DNA of 64,000 nt from the human T2T-CHM13v2.0 reference genome, Homo sapiens. Below are positions 15,897-28,376 of this stretch, piece after piece. How positions within the stretch are numbered: the stretch's first letter is position 1; every line of letters starts with the position of its first letter. The notes beneath the pieces were generated by a model, which made no database searches, was not told where the DNA came from, and saw nothing but the letters and a program-made list of their open reading frames with translations. The stretch lies in the NCBI RefSeq assembly GCF_009914755.1, contig NC_060931.1; one strand, given 5' to 3'. The position numbers and the translations under genes were made by a program.

Positions 15897-16439
15897 ATCC
15901 AACTTAGATATTAGTCCTGCCATTGGCAGTGAGACATCCTGCCCGAATGGCTGTCAAAGATGTGTGTAAAATGTGTGTGTGTTCCCCAAAACAAACCACA
16001 TACTTCCAGTATGAGGGCGCCAAGAAGAGTTTCCTAGGAAACTGGAACACCATTGGGCCTTCCTCACTAGGCATTCACCAGAGGGCCTGGTCCAGAGTAT
16101 AAAGTCTTGATAAATACTTCTTTCTTCTGTAACTCCTCCCTCCTCCCTCTTCTTCATTCCGTCAACACCGACAAAGGGTCTAAGGAATGGGTGATCCAAT
16201 AAGACGTGAAACAGGAGATGGTATTACCTTCTAATAGGAAGAGTATATTTCCTAAACCACAGACTAACCATCTTTTCTGCCAGAGAGACCAGCAACAGCT
16301 TTTGTCGGTCAATTACAAGGCTGTGGTCTTTGTAATTGTTATTCTAATGTGTCGCAAGATGGTGTGAGGAAATTCAGGTGGGATCTAGCATTTATTGATC
16401 GTTTATGAGCAAGAGATTGTGTTTCAAGTGTTAAATGCA

Positions 16440-16605
16440 TTATTTAATGTTAACAGGCCCCCTATCATGGCAGGCATGACCCCATTTGACAGTCGAGGGA
16501 ACTGAGATTTGGAAAGGACTATGATTTACCCAGGGTCATCCAGCCAGGGAAAGTGGAGCAAGATTTTGAAACTCAGGTCCACTCCCTGATTCTTTCCACT
16601 GTAGT
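16440..16605 (-). mobile_element. MIR
   Basis: cccatttgacag...gaactgag...gatttacccagggtcatccagc. Confidence 0.7.
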
Positions 16606-17080
16606 GCATTTTCCACAGGAGTGGCAGATAGGTTCTGAGCACTGCCTGCCTTTCTCCTTGCTGCCATCCCTTCGTATCCAAACTAGGTCCAGACCTCCTT
16701 CCAGGAAGCCTCCACCTCTTCTAGTCGAGAAACCTAGCCAGAAACCTAGGCTGGGCCTCTGTCTCCTCTTTTGGAAGAGCACAGATGAAGTGCAATTGGC
16801 CCTTCTCCCTCCTCAAGGTGAGAAGCCAAGGACACTTTGTGTCTGAAGTCTTTTAATGGAAAGAATCAATATGGGTCCAATCCCTCCTTTCCCTTTGATG
16901 CTTTTTTACCTGTCTCAAGCCCCACCCACCCCTCTGCTGTAGTAGCTCTTAGAACTTTTTACTCCGTGGGCATTTGCCTGGAGTGCCTTGTGACCTCTCC
17001 TGCATTCTCCCCAGCAGGCATGTCATCCAATGCACAACGCTGTATCTTTATGGGACAACTCAGCGCCCTCTGTACATTAG

Positions 17081-17404
<324 letters not shown>

Positions 17405-18144
17405 TAAGTGCATATTTTTCTGTGGCTTATTAAAGCATACAAAAGGCCACCTACTTTTCCACAGAGAAGAGCTTGATGGAGTGAATCCTAAAACCCAGAA
17501 CAAGGCACTAATACCCTTTTGAATTTTCTCCAGTTTTCCATTGATTGGAATGTCAATGTGTCCCTGTTGTGGGAATCTGTTATTTGCTGCCTAGATGAAC
17601 AATTTAAGTTGAATCAGGCCATTCTTCAAGACAGAGTCCTCCCGATGGACAAGGAGAGACTCAAGAGCTTTCTGTGTACATGAGCTAGGATCATTCAAGC
17701 TGTGACTTGGGGAATCTTTAATTTGGATGACTCTCCTTAGAGCAGCCAAATCAGCTTCTTGCTGATAACAGTAATCAGGTTTTATACTAAAGTCCCCAGT
17801 TAGGCAGAGTAAACAGGAAGCAGCCTGTTATTGATCTGTGTTATGGAAGGTTCTTTTCCACTGAGGAGACTGAATATTTTATACTGAAACCTTTTACTTC
17901 CTGTACCCAGCATATTTTTCCTATATATGTGTTAGGACAGAAGTCCTTTTGAGTATCTTTATTTTATTTGTTTAGTGAAACTCCTGAAACTAAGGGTGTG
18001 GGAACAAATTATCCATATTTAGTATATGTGGTGGGTTAAAAAATGTCATCCATTTTTGATAACATAGGAGGAAGTGTAAATTGTTAGTTTATCAGCCATT
18101 TCTAATGGTTTTTAAAAAATGTCCTTCATCCACGGCTTCACCAG

Positions 18145-18145
<1 letters not shown>

Positions 18146-18190
<45 letters not shown>
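18146..18190. repeat. (AC)n microsatellite, ~22 units
   Basis: Perfect dinucleotide run. Confidence 0.98.
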
Positions 18191-18192
<2 letters not shown>

Positions 18193-18358
18193 GTCCTTCA
18201 ATTTCATACCATTTGAAAAATAATCTTGTTGAGTATTAGGATTGGCTAGAGTTTTTTTTAAGGTAAAAAGTACTGTGTGCATTTTCAACTTCTCTTGATC
18301 TTTGCATTTGGAGGATAATAATCTCCAGGGAGATTTGAAGATAATAAATAGAGGTGGA

Positions 18359-18467
18359 AATGCACGGATGCTTCTGCACCAATTCTCAGGGAAGGCTTTT
18401 CCAGATGTGGAATGCACGGATGCTTCTGCACCAATTCCCAGGGAAGGCTTTTCCAGATGTGGAATGC
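18359..18467. repeat. 52-bp tandem duplication
   Basis: aatgcacggatgcttctgcaccaattc(t/c)cagggaaggcttttccagatgtgg twice with one mismatch, then a partial aatgc. Confidence 0.97.
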
Positions 18468-18782
18468 CATGGGGAGTCTGTCTGGCTTGGATAATTGACA
18501 GCTGCCAGCTTGTAATGATCTGTGCTAAATGGAGCTGGAGCCACAGAAGGCAACACAACAGCTGGGCTGCTGGGAGCCAAGGCCCTGCACGAGGCACAGC
18601 TCTCTCCCCAACACCCATCCTCAGCAGCCTCACCCCCTAAAGAAGGTGCACTGTTCCAGGAAAGGAAGGGAGTCTGTTGCTTCTACCTGATGGGTAAGAG
18701 GAAACACCTTGATTCACTCAAATGGGCCACGGTCAGATAATTAGAGATTCGCTTTTTATTGCATTGACTTTAGCATTTTAAT

Positions 18783-19550
18783 TTAAAAAAATGTTTATGG
18801 ATACATAATAGTTGCATATATTTTGTGGGGAACATGTGATATTTTGATACAAGCATATAATGTGTAATGATCAAATCAAGGTAATTGGGATATTCATCAC
18901 GTTAAACATTTCTCATTACTTTGTGTTAGGAATATTTCAATTCCACTCTTCTAGTTATTTTGAAATAGGCAATAAATTATTGTTAGTTATAGTCACTCTA
19001 TTGTGCTACTGAACACTAGATCTTATCTAACTGTATTTTTGTGCCCGTGAACCTGTCTTTATTCCCCTCTCCCCACTACTCTGCCAGCCTCTGGCAACCA
19101 TCATTCTACTCTCTATCTCCATGAGTTCAACTTTTTTTTAGCTCTCACATATGAGTGAGAACATGCAGTATTTGTCTTTTTGTGTTTGGCTTATTTCACT
19201 TAACATAATATCTTCCAGTTCCATTCATTTTGTTGAGAATGAAAATATTTTATTCTTTTTTGTGGCTAAATAATATTCCATTGTGTACGTGTACCACATT
19301 TTCTTTATCCATGCACCTGTTGATGGACACTTAGGTTGACTCCATATCTTGGCTGTTGTGAATAGTCTTCCAATGAACTTGTTAGTGCAGATATCTCTTC
19401 AATATACTGATTTCCTTTCTTTTGGATAAATACCCAGCAGTGGGATTCCTGGATCATATGGTAGTTCTATTTTCAGTTTTTTGAGGAAACTTCATGCTGT
19501 TTTCCATAGTGGCTGTACTAATTTACATTCCCACCAGCAATGTAAGAGGA
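18783..19550 (-). mobile_element. 5'-truncated L1MA (MA4-7-like)
   Basis: Antisense L1MA 3' UTR/ORF2 end; perfect 16-bp TSD actttagcattttaat (18767-18782, 19551-19566). Confidence 0.92.
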
Positions 19551-19979
19551 ACTTTAGCATTTTAATCTTAAATTCTTTAGCAACCAGTTCATAAGAGGAG
19601 GAAGGATCATAAATCAAAAGGACTGAGGATGTCAGGCAAACAGAGAAAACAGTCCCCTTCCAGGGGCTGGGAACGGTGTGGCTCCCATCATAGTCTCAGC
19701 TTTTCCAGTTAATGACCGTGAAACCTTCCCCTCAAATCATTCTAATAGGCTTCTGACCCTCCCTCATTTTCTGGTTCATCAGATGAAATAATACCACCTG
19801 TCCTATCTACCTACCTACTTCTGGGGATTGGAGAAATTAATGTAAGTGCTTTATCCACTGTGAAACCAATTTAAGTAGAAGGCACAGATGAATTAAGAAA
19901 CACTTCCTGCTATGTATGATCTTTGTCCTTCTCATTCTCTGCCTTTTCTGACTTGTGGCCTAAATCATAAATGCTTCCT

Positions 19980-20170
19980 GATAATAATAATAGCTGTCAA
20001 TTGTTGAACACTTTCTCCATGCCAGGCATTGAGCTAAATGCTTCACAGGTGTTAGTTTATTTTATCTTCATGATAACCTTGCTCGCTGGTAGTCTTATTG
20101 TTTCAGTCCCCACAGTTGAACCTGGACTCTGAATCCAGCATGCTCTTCTAGAAAAGCTCATGCACTTCCC
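19980..20170 (-). mobile_element. MIR
   Basis: ataataatagctgtcaattgttgaacactttctccatgccaggcattgagctaaatgcttcac. Confidence 0.7.
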
Positions 20171-20239
20171 TTTAGGCTGCATTTTAAATGAAGGAGCTGC
20201 ATTCATGATTTTCAATTTTGACATTTAAAAAATGATCTA

Positions 20240-20550
20240 GGTCGAACGCAGTGGCTCACACCTATAATCCCAGTACTTTGGGAAGCTGAGATGGGTGGAT
20301 CATTTTGAGGCCAGGAGTTCAAGACCAGCCTGGCCCACATGGTGAAACCCCATCTCTACTAAAAAAAAAAAAAAAAAAAAAATTAGCCAGGCCTGGTGGT
20401 GCGCACTTGTAATCCCAGCTACTTAGGAGGTTGAGGCACGAGAATCACTTGAACTTGGGAGGTGGTGGTTGTATTGAGTCAAGATCATGTCACTGCACTC
20501 CAGCCTTGGGCAACAGAGCAAGACTCTGTCTCAAAAAATAATAATAAAAT
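20240..20550 (+). mobile_element. AluS (Sz-like)
   Basis: Sense Alu with expanded middle A-tract; TSD aaaaaatgatcta. Confidence 0.93.
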
Positions 20551-22664
20551 AAAAAATGATCTAAAAGTTTATTGAGTCATTTTTTAATGTTTGAGTATAG
20601 CAGAAGGCTAGAAATCATAGAATGCAATTGTGGTTACTGATTAAGAAGAGAGAGATAAGGCACTGGAGAGAGAGAAAGAGAGAGCAGGGGAAGGCGGGAG
20701 AAAGGAATTCATGACCAAGAGAAAAAGATGGCTTTTTTTTCTGATAGGAATAGTGATTTTGTAATATGTATTTGCATTTATAATTCTCATATTTTCCATG
20801 CAGATAATCCTTAAAAGCATATAATTAATTAATGGGCTTTTGATGTTCCTAGTGCCAGAGATGTGGAACTACATTATCTTGATAATCTTTGTAAAAGATT
20901 AGAAGAGGCTTAAAGTGAGACAGTTCCCAGGATTCAAAACTCTGCCAAACAGAAACGATTAACCTTGAGGTGGGGGTGGAAGAAGTGAGAGGAAGTGGAC
21001 TGAAAGGGGTGGAGTTGTGTCACCAACTCCCTCTTTTAGTCAGCGTCCTGGTCTTTAAGCATCAAGCCTGATTTAACTTTGGCTGTGGTAGGTCCCTGCC
21101 TAACTCCAACAGTCCGGAGACAAGTTCAAGGCCCTGGTCATTGTCTGCATCTAGTGAAAACCCTCTGGTTGTTTGCTCCTGGTTGTGTTAGATAAACAGG
21201 TAATGATTAAACGTATTTTCACTGGCAGCCTTTTTAACACAAAACTTCATGTTTCTGGAGTGTCCTCTGAAGATGAAGCATTTTGCAATTCAAAAACGTT
21301 CCCAGTCCCTTTCCGTTTCTCAGACGCCCTCTGGGCTGGGTGTCTGTTTGGCTGGGTGCCTCCTAAGAGCCCCTCTGGTGAATCCTGCCTGGGAACCTGA
21401 GCCCATCCAGGAAACACAGGACAATTTTCAGTTTGGTAGGAAATCAGGTGCTTGCTGTTCAGGTTGAAAATTGAGGTTAAGAAATAACACTTATAAGGAA
21501 GAAACAGAGTGACTTCTTGTGCAGAATCGATTCTGTTTCAGACATTGGTTATCCAGTGTTGTGAATTATTTAGGGCTTTCATTTTACTGCTTTCTTTGGT
21601 GGCCTTGCCTTTTCTCATCAAACATTCTCATTGCCTCTGAAAAGCAGGCCAAGTAAGAGACGTGAGTTAAAACTGGAGTCTGATCATTTTGCTGCTTTTG
21701 AGCAGCTCCTGGAGGGCAGCGGGGGAGCATTTTTTATTCACCTTTGCACTTCTCCTCCCCACCAACACTTCATACTGCATGTAGCTGGGGCTCACTGGTT
21801 CTTTATAGATGAAATCCACACAGTAGTTCTTTATAGGTGAAATCACTATTTCACTGTGATTGCAGGAGAGACATGGAGAAAGGGCTCCAGCTTTGTTTGC
21901 AAGGAGGGCTTCCAAGGTCCGTGGAACCTGCAGAGAATGTGGCTCTTCCTGTGGCTTTGGTGTTGCCATGACTTTCAGACATGGAGGGGATGCTTGATTT
22001 GTAACATGCTGCCGACTGGATGGGCCGTTCTCCTGCCCCGTGACAGACACGGAGTCCGCCACGGTCTCTGTAGCCCAGGCTCAGGATAGCATCTCACTTC
22101 CCAGGTCTAAACTCACCTCCCTCCTGCAGTCAGCCTACAGAAGTGCATCTATCTTCATTGATTGATGGTCCAGGCGGAAATGACAGTTCTCATTGCACTG
22201 GACTATGCCTCGTTGAGAGCTGAGGGGCTAAGGAAAGCCATTCTCTCTGCCTTGCCAGGGAGAATAAACTATTGTGAACCTCCTGGACCAAAGCCATGAG
22301 CAGAATAAATACAATTCAGTCATATAGATTTGGGGCAAGGCAGGCAATGAGGCTACTAAAGAAAGAACCTGTGCCCAAGACCAAGAAAATGGGTGAATCT
22401 GAAGCCCTATGCTTGTCTATGGGGCTGGAGGAGGAAGGAAGGCTTCCACTGGGTTAAAAAGAAAGTTGCCACATTCTTCTATGTGGTTTTCAGATTTTTG
22501 GGGCTCAGGACATCTTTATTCTCTTAAGAATAATTGAGGTGCCAAAATATTTTGTATCAGTCAATATATGCCGTATTAGAAATTAAAACTCAGAAATTTA
22601 AAAAATGATTTGTCAATTTACTTCAAACCATATGCTTATTATGTGCCAACACGCATTTTTAAAA

Positions 22665-23211
22665 ACAAATTTTATTGTGTATATTTGAGGTTTACAACAT
22701 GATATTATAGGATATATATAGACAGTAAAATGGTTACAATAGTAAAGCAAATTAACATACCTAGCATCTCACAGAATTACATTTCTTGTGTATGGAAAGA
22801 GCAGCTAAAAATCTAAATGTGACTGGCTTAAAAAAGAAAATTTACTTGTTCAACAAAAATCCCTAATATAATACAATTTTATTAACTGTAGTCCTCACGG
22901 TGTACATTAGATTTCTAGGCTTGTTCATCCTACATATTTGCTGTTTTGTATCCTTTGACCTACATCTTTCCGTTTTCTCTCCCCCACCCTTTACCGCCTA
23001 CTCATGGTAATCATTGTTTCATTCTCTATCTCTGTGTATTTGAGCTTTTTAAATTCCACATATAAGTGAGATCATGCAATATTTTTCTTTCTTTGTCTGG
23101 CTTACTTCACTGTACATAATGTCTTCTTGGTCCATCCATGATGTGGCAAATGGAAGGATCTCCTTTTCTAAGGCTGAATAATATTCCATCATGCATATAT
23201 ATATATATGTG

Positions 23212-23260
<49 letters not shown>

Positions 23261-23565
23261 CACATTTTCTTTATTGGTTCGTTCATCAGTGGGCATTTAG
23301 TTTGTATCCATATCTTGGCTATTGTGAATAATGCCACAGTGAACACGGGAGTGCAGCTATCTTTTTGAAGTGATGAGCTTGTCTCTCTTGAGTATATGCC
23401 CAGAAGAGGGATCACTGGGTCCTATGATCATTCCAACTTTAATTTCTGTAGGACTCTCTGTACTGTTATCCATGACTGTACCAGTCTACATTCCCCCCAA
23501 CAGTATACTAGGTTTTCCTTTTCTCCCTATTGTTGCCAACATTTGTTGCCTCTTGTCTTTTTCAT
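22665..23565 (-). mobile_element. L1MA8-like 3' fragment
   Basis: ttttattgtgtatatttgaggtttacaacatgat...aagagcagctaaaaatcta...ORF2 C-terminal motifs. Confidence 0.88.
23195..23255. repeat. (TA)n microsatellite within L1MA8
   Basis: Interrupted TA run. Confidence 0.95.
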
Positions 23566-24899
23566 AAATTCTTATTATTGAAAAATATTTTTCAAAATAG
23601 TGTCATTGTTTTACTTTACTGCAGCTCTGTTTAGTGTCTGAATTAATGGGAGGTGGTTGGATTTCATATCTGCTTCTACATTCAGTCTGTTGCCATGTCA
23701 TGTCATGCACTTTCTGAAAAACTCTACTGTGTGTTTGAGAGAGAATAAGAGTGAACAAGTTAAATAATGTCTCAATATCTCAGATCCCCTGTAAAAAGGC
23801 CTCAAGGACTTGCAGGGTTCCCTAGACCATGCTTTGAGAACTGCTTCCCTAGGTGCACACTCCCCAAAACTTGCCTCTCTCTGTGTTTAATATGTGGCCA
23901 TCTTGTATGATGACATTTCTGCATTAGCAGAAAATGGGCATGGTGTCCCAAGCAAATAATCCTTTTCATGGCTTTTGGCATTTGAATAGTGCTTACGAAC
24001 ATTCGGGAAAGCATCCCCGAGACAAGCTAGAATAAGATTGATGTTGAACGTCCTATTGGACAGGCTGGCCAAGTTCTTGCTCATGGACTGGCAACAGGAT
24101 AATCCAGAGCATGAGACAGGCTCCTTTCCCTGCTTTTCAGCATCTGAATCTCAAATTGCATGTGCTCCACTTCGTCTGCACAACACATACGTTTTTCCTC
24201 TTCACAATTACCAAAGGCTTTGTAAGAGAGGAGCAGTTGCTCCAAGGTCTCTCTGAGCTTCCTGTTTCCAGTACCCAAGGGCAGCTTAAATCTGCTTCTT
24301 TACTCACCAATAACTGTGCAGTTTATCCAACTCATCTGCTATTTCCTGGGTGCAAAATCATCTCACTTAATTGTAACCTCCTTTTTCCTGCATTAATCAA
24401 GACAGTGGCTGAGCGGTGGCATTAGCGAAATAAGCATGAATGGAAAGCAGTGATTTACAAGGATTGTGGGCTAGTTTCACTCAGCGCCAGTCTATGCCCG
24501 CTGGAGAGAATGACAGTGGGTACAGCCAGTGAGTCTGCGGCCAAAGTGCAGATCAAAGAGAAGCTATTAAAACAAACAAAACACAACACATTTTGATGTT
24601 ATTCTAACACAGGAATATCATTTTTAATGTGGCTAGAAAAATATTCAGCTTTGTTCTTTGTCCTTTAGGAAAACTATCTGCATCAGTGCTCTGATCTTTC
24701 CAGGGCTGGCGGAAGGATGGTGTCTGTAGATTCATTTACAATCATGGAGTGTTACAGTGAGGAGAGTCAGAGATCACCCAGCGCAGAGGAAAGGGTGTGG
24801 GAGGAGGGTGTTGGGCAGGGTGGTGACTATGCCACCATAGCAAGGCCCTGGGTCTGGTCTCTCTTTGTCCCCTGCTAAACCTAACTGTAGCGTGCAAGC

Positions 24900-25130
24900 C
24901 ACACACTAGGGAATTAGAAAGCCAGCATTCTCTCTCTGCCCCCTGTGATCTTGATGGTTACTTAACCTCTCTGGATCTCAGTTTCCTCACCTGTAAAATG
25001 GGTATAGCAATAATCTTAGTCTCATAGGGCTGTTTTGAGAATGAAAAGGTAGTATACGTATAAGTTTCTTAAAATAGTGTATAATATTTAAAAAGTACAA
25101 AATAGATATCAGACATTATTGTAATATTAT
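24900..25130 (+). mobile_element. MIR
   Basis: ttacttaacctctctggatctcagtttcctcacctgtaaaatggg. Confidence 0.85.
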
Positions 25131-25429
25131 TGGTGTCTCTGAAACTTGGTTTTCTCATCTGCAAAGTAGGATTTTCCAGGTTGGCATGGGAATTAAGTTA
25201 GAGAACATATGGTCAAGTCTTGGAGAAAATGTCAAGTACCATTAAAAGTACTGCACTATATTTTGAGGACAAGTCAAGAGAACACTTTAACTTTGTACCT
25301 GAGTGTTTTCCCACGTGTAAGACTCTATGATTATCTGCACCGTTTTGAAAGCAGGGCAGTAATTTTAAAATAAATGAATATATAATAACCAGGGCAAGAA
25401 TAGCAATATAATCACAACTAGTAAGAACA

Positions 25430-25670
25430 ATTGCTAATATTTGTGGAGTGTTTATCTCATGCCAGCACTGAGCTAAGTACTCGGTATGTAATATACGGTC
25501 TCACTTCTCACCACAGCCCTTTGAAGGAGGTACTATTATTATTCCGGTTTTGCAGAGGAGGAAAGTGAGGTCTCTCAGGGCCTCTCAGGGTCACTCAGGT
25601 TGCACATGGCTGGGCCAGGACTGAGCCCAGGCAGTCTGGTTCCGGAGTTGGTGTCCTTCACCAGTGCAGT
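25430..25670 (-). mobile_element. MIR
   Basis: gctaatatttgtggagtg...ggtactattattattccggttttgcagaggaggaaagtgagg. Confidence 0.8.
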
Positions 25671-25802
25671 AGCAGGGCTGGTGGTCCAGAGGGAGGTGGA
25701 AAGGGATTACATCCCAGTTTGAGTTCAGCAGGTTGCAATGTTGTGCTCTGCAGGTGACAGAATTAGATTTTTTGTGCTTTTTTGGTAAGGTAAAAGATGT
25801 GA

Positions 25803-25930
25803 TACCTGTTGGGTACTATGGTCGCTATTTGGGTGATAGGTTCACTAGAAGCCCAAACCCCGCATTACCCAATATGCCTGTATGACAAACCTGCACATGT
25901 TCCCCCGAATCTAAAACTTAAAAAAAAAAA
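25803..25930 (+). mobile_element. L1PB-like extreme 3' fragment with poly-A
   Basis: tacctgttgggtactatg...tttgggtgataggttcactagaagcccaaacc...acaaacctgcacatgttcccccgaatctaaaa. Confidence 0.85.
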
Positions 25931-26334
25931 CAAAACACGCATGATAGTTTTTCATTAGTATTTGGGGGAAGGAAGTGGTTGTTTCTTTAATGAGTAAATC
26001 ATTGACTTGAGATGGGAGAGATCAGATGCAAGAGCTTTCCAAGCAGCACCTGAGTAGGACAGTGTAAGGAGGGGCTGGGAAAGAAATCCACGTGGAGTTT
26101 CTGAAGGGAACCTGAGAATGTAGAAAAGAGGTGTAGAGGCTGTAACCCAGGAGAAGAGCCCTGGGAGTGAGGCAGAACTTTCCAGGGTGTGGAGGGATGC
26201 AGTTTTTCTCAGGTTGACTGGAGGCTGTCCCATGGGGCCTGGATATTATTTCCCTGTCTCTGTCCAAGGCAGTTTGGTGGAGCAGGATGATTCTGTGGCA
26301 GGCATCACTGGCTCTCTCTGCCAAGGCTGTACAG

Positions 26335-26550
26335 CTTATGGTATTAAGTGGGGGCTCCTGGGAGCTTTAGGGTCAGAGACACCTGAATTGGAATCTCAGT
26401 TCCGCCACTTAAAAACTGTGTGGTTGCACAAGTACTGAATTCTCCAAGTCTTCATAGGATGATTGTAAAGATTAAATAAGAAATTGCATGTAAATAAATC
26501 ACTTGGCACTTCGTAAGCTCCCAGTAAATAGCCGTCATCATTAGCATTAT
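26335..26550 (+). mobile_element. MIR
   Basis: gctttagggtcagagacacctgaattggaatctcagttccgccactt...cataggatgattgtaaagattaaat. Confidence 0.75.
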
Positions 26551-27699
26551 AATTAGATCCTCCCACTAGCTGCTTCCTGGATTTTCCAGTTGTGTTGAGG
26601 CGCTGGCCCTAAAATTGTGGCTTGACCCCCAGCTATTTTAGATCATTATATATGATGCCAGTTTGAGGTGCAGGACCCCACAGGTAGAGGACTGGTATGG
26701 TGCTAAGCCTCTCTTCCTTACAGATGCATTGTTTACATTCAAGGTGGTATTGGCCAGGATTTTCTGCTTGATCTTGTTCTAACACAAGCCTTAAATGAAT
26801 ACGCAAGAAGGGCTGGACAACTGCAAACAGCCATGCCCCTGGCTCAGCTGATGAAGGTTGTGGCTCACCATTTCTTGATTTAGTGGGTTACCACATGTTG
26901 CCAGGATTCATAAGAACACTTCACTGATCATGCATTTAAGGGGACACTCGTCTTTACACCAGACAGGAGAGAGGTCACTCACTTTGAACAAGACCCGGTC
27001 CTGTGTCTGTGAAATGCAGGGACCCTCCCCGCCACCCCAGATGCAGATCATTAGCTGAGCAAGGAGCCCCCAGAATTTTGCAGCATGACTTTCACTTTGT
27101 AATTGAATGGTCAAGGCATGGATATCATTGGAGCATCTCTAGGGGCCAGATTGTCTGCCCAAGGGAACAGTCCTCTGTGTATAGCCAACCAGAGTCCACC
27201 GTGTGTTACCTGACTACAAGTTTGGCAGGCTGATGTCAAGCCCATACTGGCATGAAGGCAGGACAAAGGTAGGCAGGCAGGAGGCATCTGCAAAGCAGGA
27301 ATCAGGTACCCACAAATGCTCCACAGCCCCGGTATGTGATCCAAGCAGTAGGGTTCAGGGTTCAGTATCAAAGTCTCTAACAAGCATTCACCAGGAGCTA
27401 CAGTTGTATTCTGGAATGTCAGCTAGGGCCCAGAACAGGGAACCCTTTCAAGCATGGGGAGAAGTGGGCAGAGTTTAGCAGTGGAGTGTCTTTGAGCTGT
27501 CCTGAACCATACACCAGCCTGCCCACACCTGTTGGCTGTAAAGTCATTGCACACATACTGTGGCTTTTCCCAGCAGCGTCTTCAAGGCAGTTTCTTACAC
27601 CACATGTGCCAGGCCTGAGAGTTTCTGCAGTTTTTTCAGCTGCTCTAAACCATGATGGCATCAGCCTCTCAGCCCAACTCTCCGCCACTACCTCTTTTA

Positions 27700-27935
27700 G
27701 CTCCCATTTATTGAGTGTAGTTGTTTTCCAGTCACAATGCCAGAGCTCCACACACATTCTCCCCTTCAGCCCCTCAATGACCTTGTAAGTTAGGTGTTGT
27801 TATTATCCCCATTTTACAGGCGGAGAAACTGAGGTGTAGAGGGGTTGAGTGTGTGCAGTCATATAGCGAGTATGTGGTAGAGTGAAGATGCAGATCAGGC
27901 CTGTGTTTCCCCAGAGCCCAAGTGCTGAACCACCT
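27700..27935 (-). mobile_element. MIR
   Basis: ttattatccccattttacaggcggagaaactgagg. Confidence 0.85.
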
Positions 27936-28016
27936 TGTCTGTGACGTATTCAGCCCAGGCAGAAACTTACTATGACTTTTTCAGCTGCCCCTTGGAGTCA
28001 CTGCATCAGGCTGGAG

Positions 28017-28138
28017 CAGTGGTTTGCAACCTTGACTGCACATTGAAATCAACTGAGGAGCTTTAAAAAGTACTTATGCCTGGGTCTTGCCACCAGAGAT
28101 TCTGATTTCAATTGATCTGAGGTGCAGCCTGGGTATTT
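28017..28138. mobile_element. MER5A-like hAT MITE (partial)
   Basis: cagtggtttgcaaccttgactgcacattgaaatca...agagattctgatttcaattgatctgaggtgcagcctggg. Confidence 0.8.
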
Positions 28139-28145
28139 ACCAGAC

Positions 28146-28376
28146 CAGGGTTTCGCCAACTTTTTCTGTAAAGGGCAGACAATACATATTTTAGGCTTTG
28201 CAGACCATATGGTCTCTGTCTCAACTACTCGACTCTGCCTTCGTAGAGCAAAAGCAGCCATAGAAGATACATAAATGAATGAGCATGGCTGTGTTCCAGC
28301 AAAACTTTATTTACAAAAAAAAAAAACCAGGTGGCTGCCCAAAATTGGCCCATGAGCCACAGTTTGCCAATGACTG
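28146..28376 (+). mobile_element. MER58A hAT MITE
   Basis: cagggtttcgccaactttttctgtaaagggc...atggctgtgttccagcaaaactttatttacaaaaa...cagtttgccaatgactg. Confidence 0.88.

Larger units (their letters stand above)
22480..23846 (+). mobile_element. MER119-like hAT-Charlie element split by L1MA8
   Basis: Left part tttttggggctcaggac...gtattagaaattaaaactcagaaatt; right part ...atatctgcttctacattcagtctgttgc...agaccatgctttgagaactgct. Confidence 0.75.

Noticed and set aside
18112-18640. 173-aa and 112-aa ORFs with internal repeats
   Set aside because: Explained by the 52-bp duplication and the (AC)n repeat.
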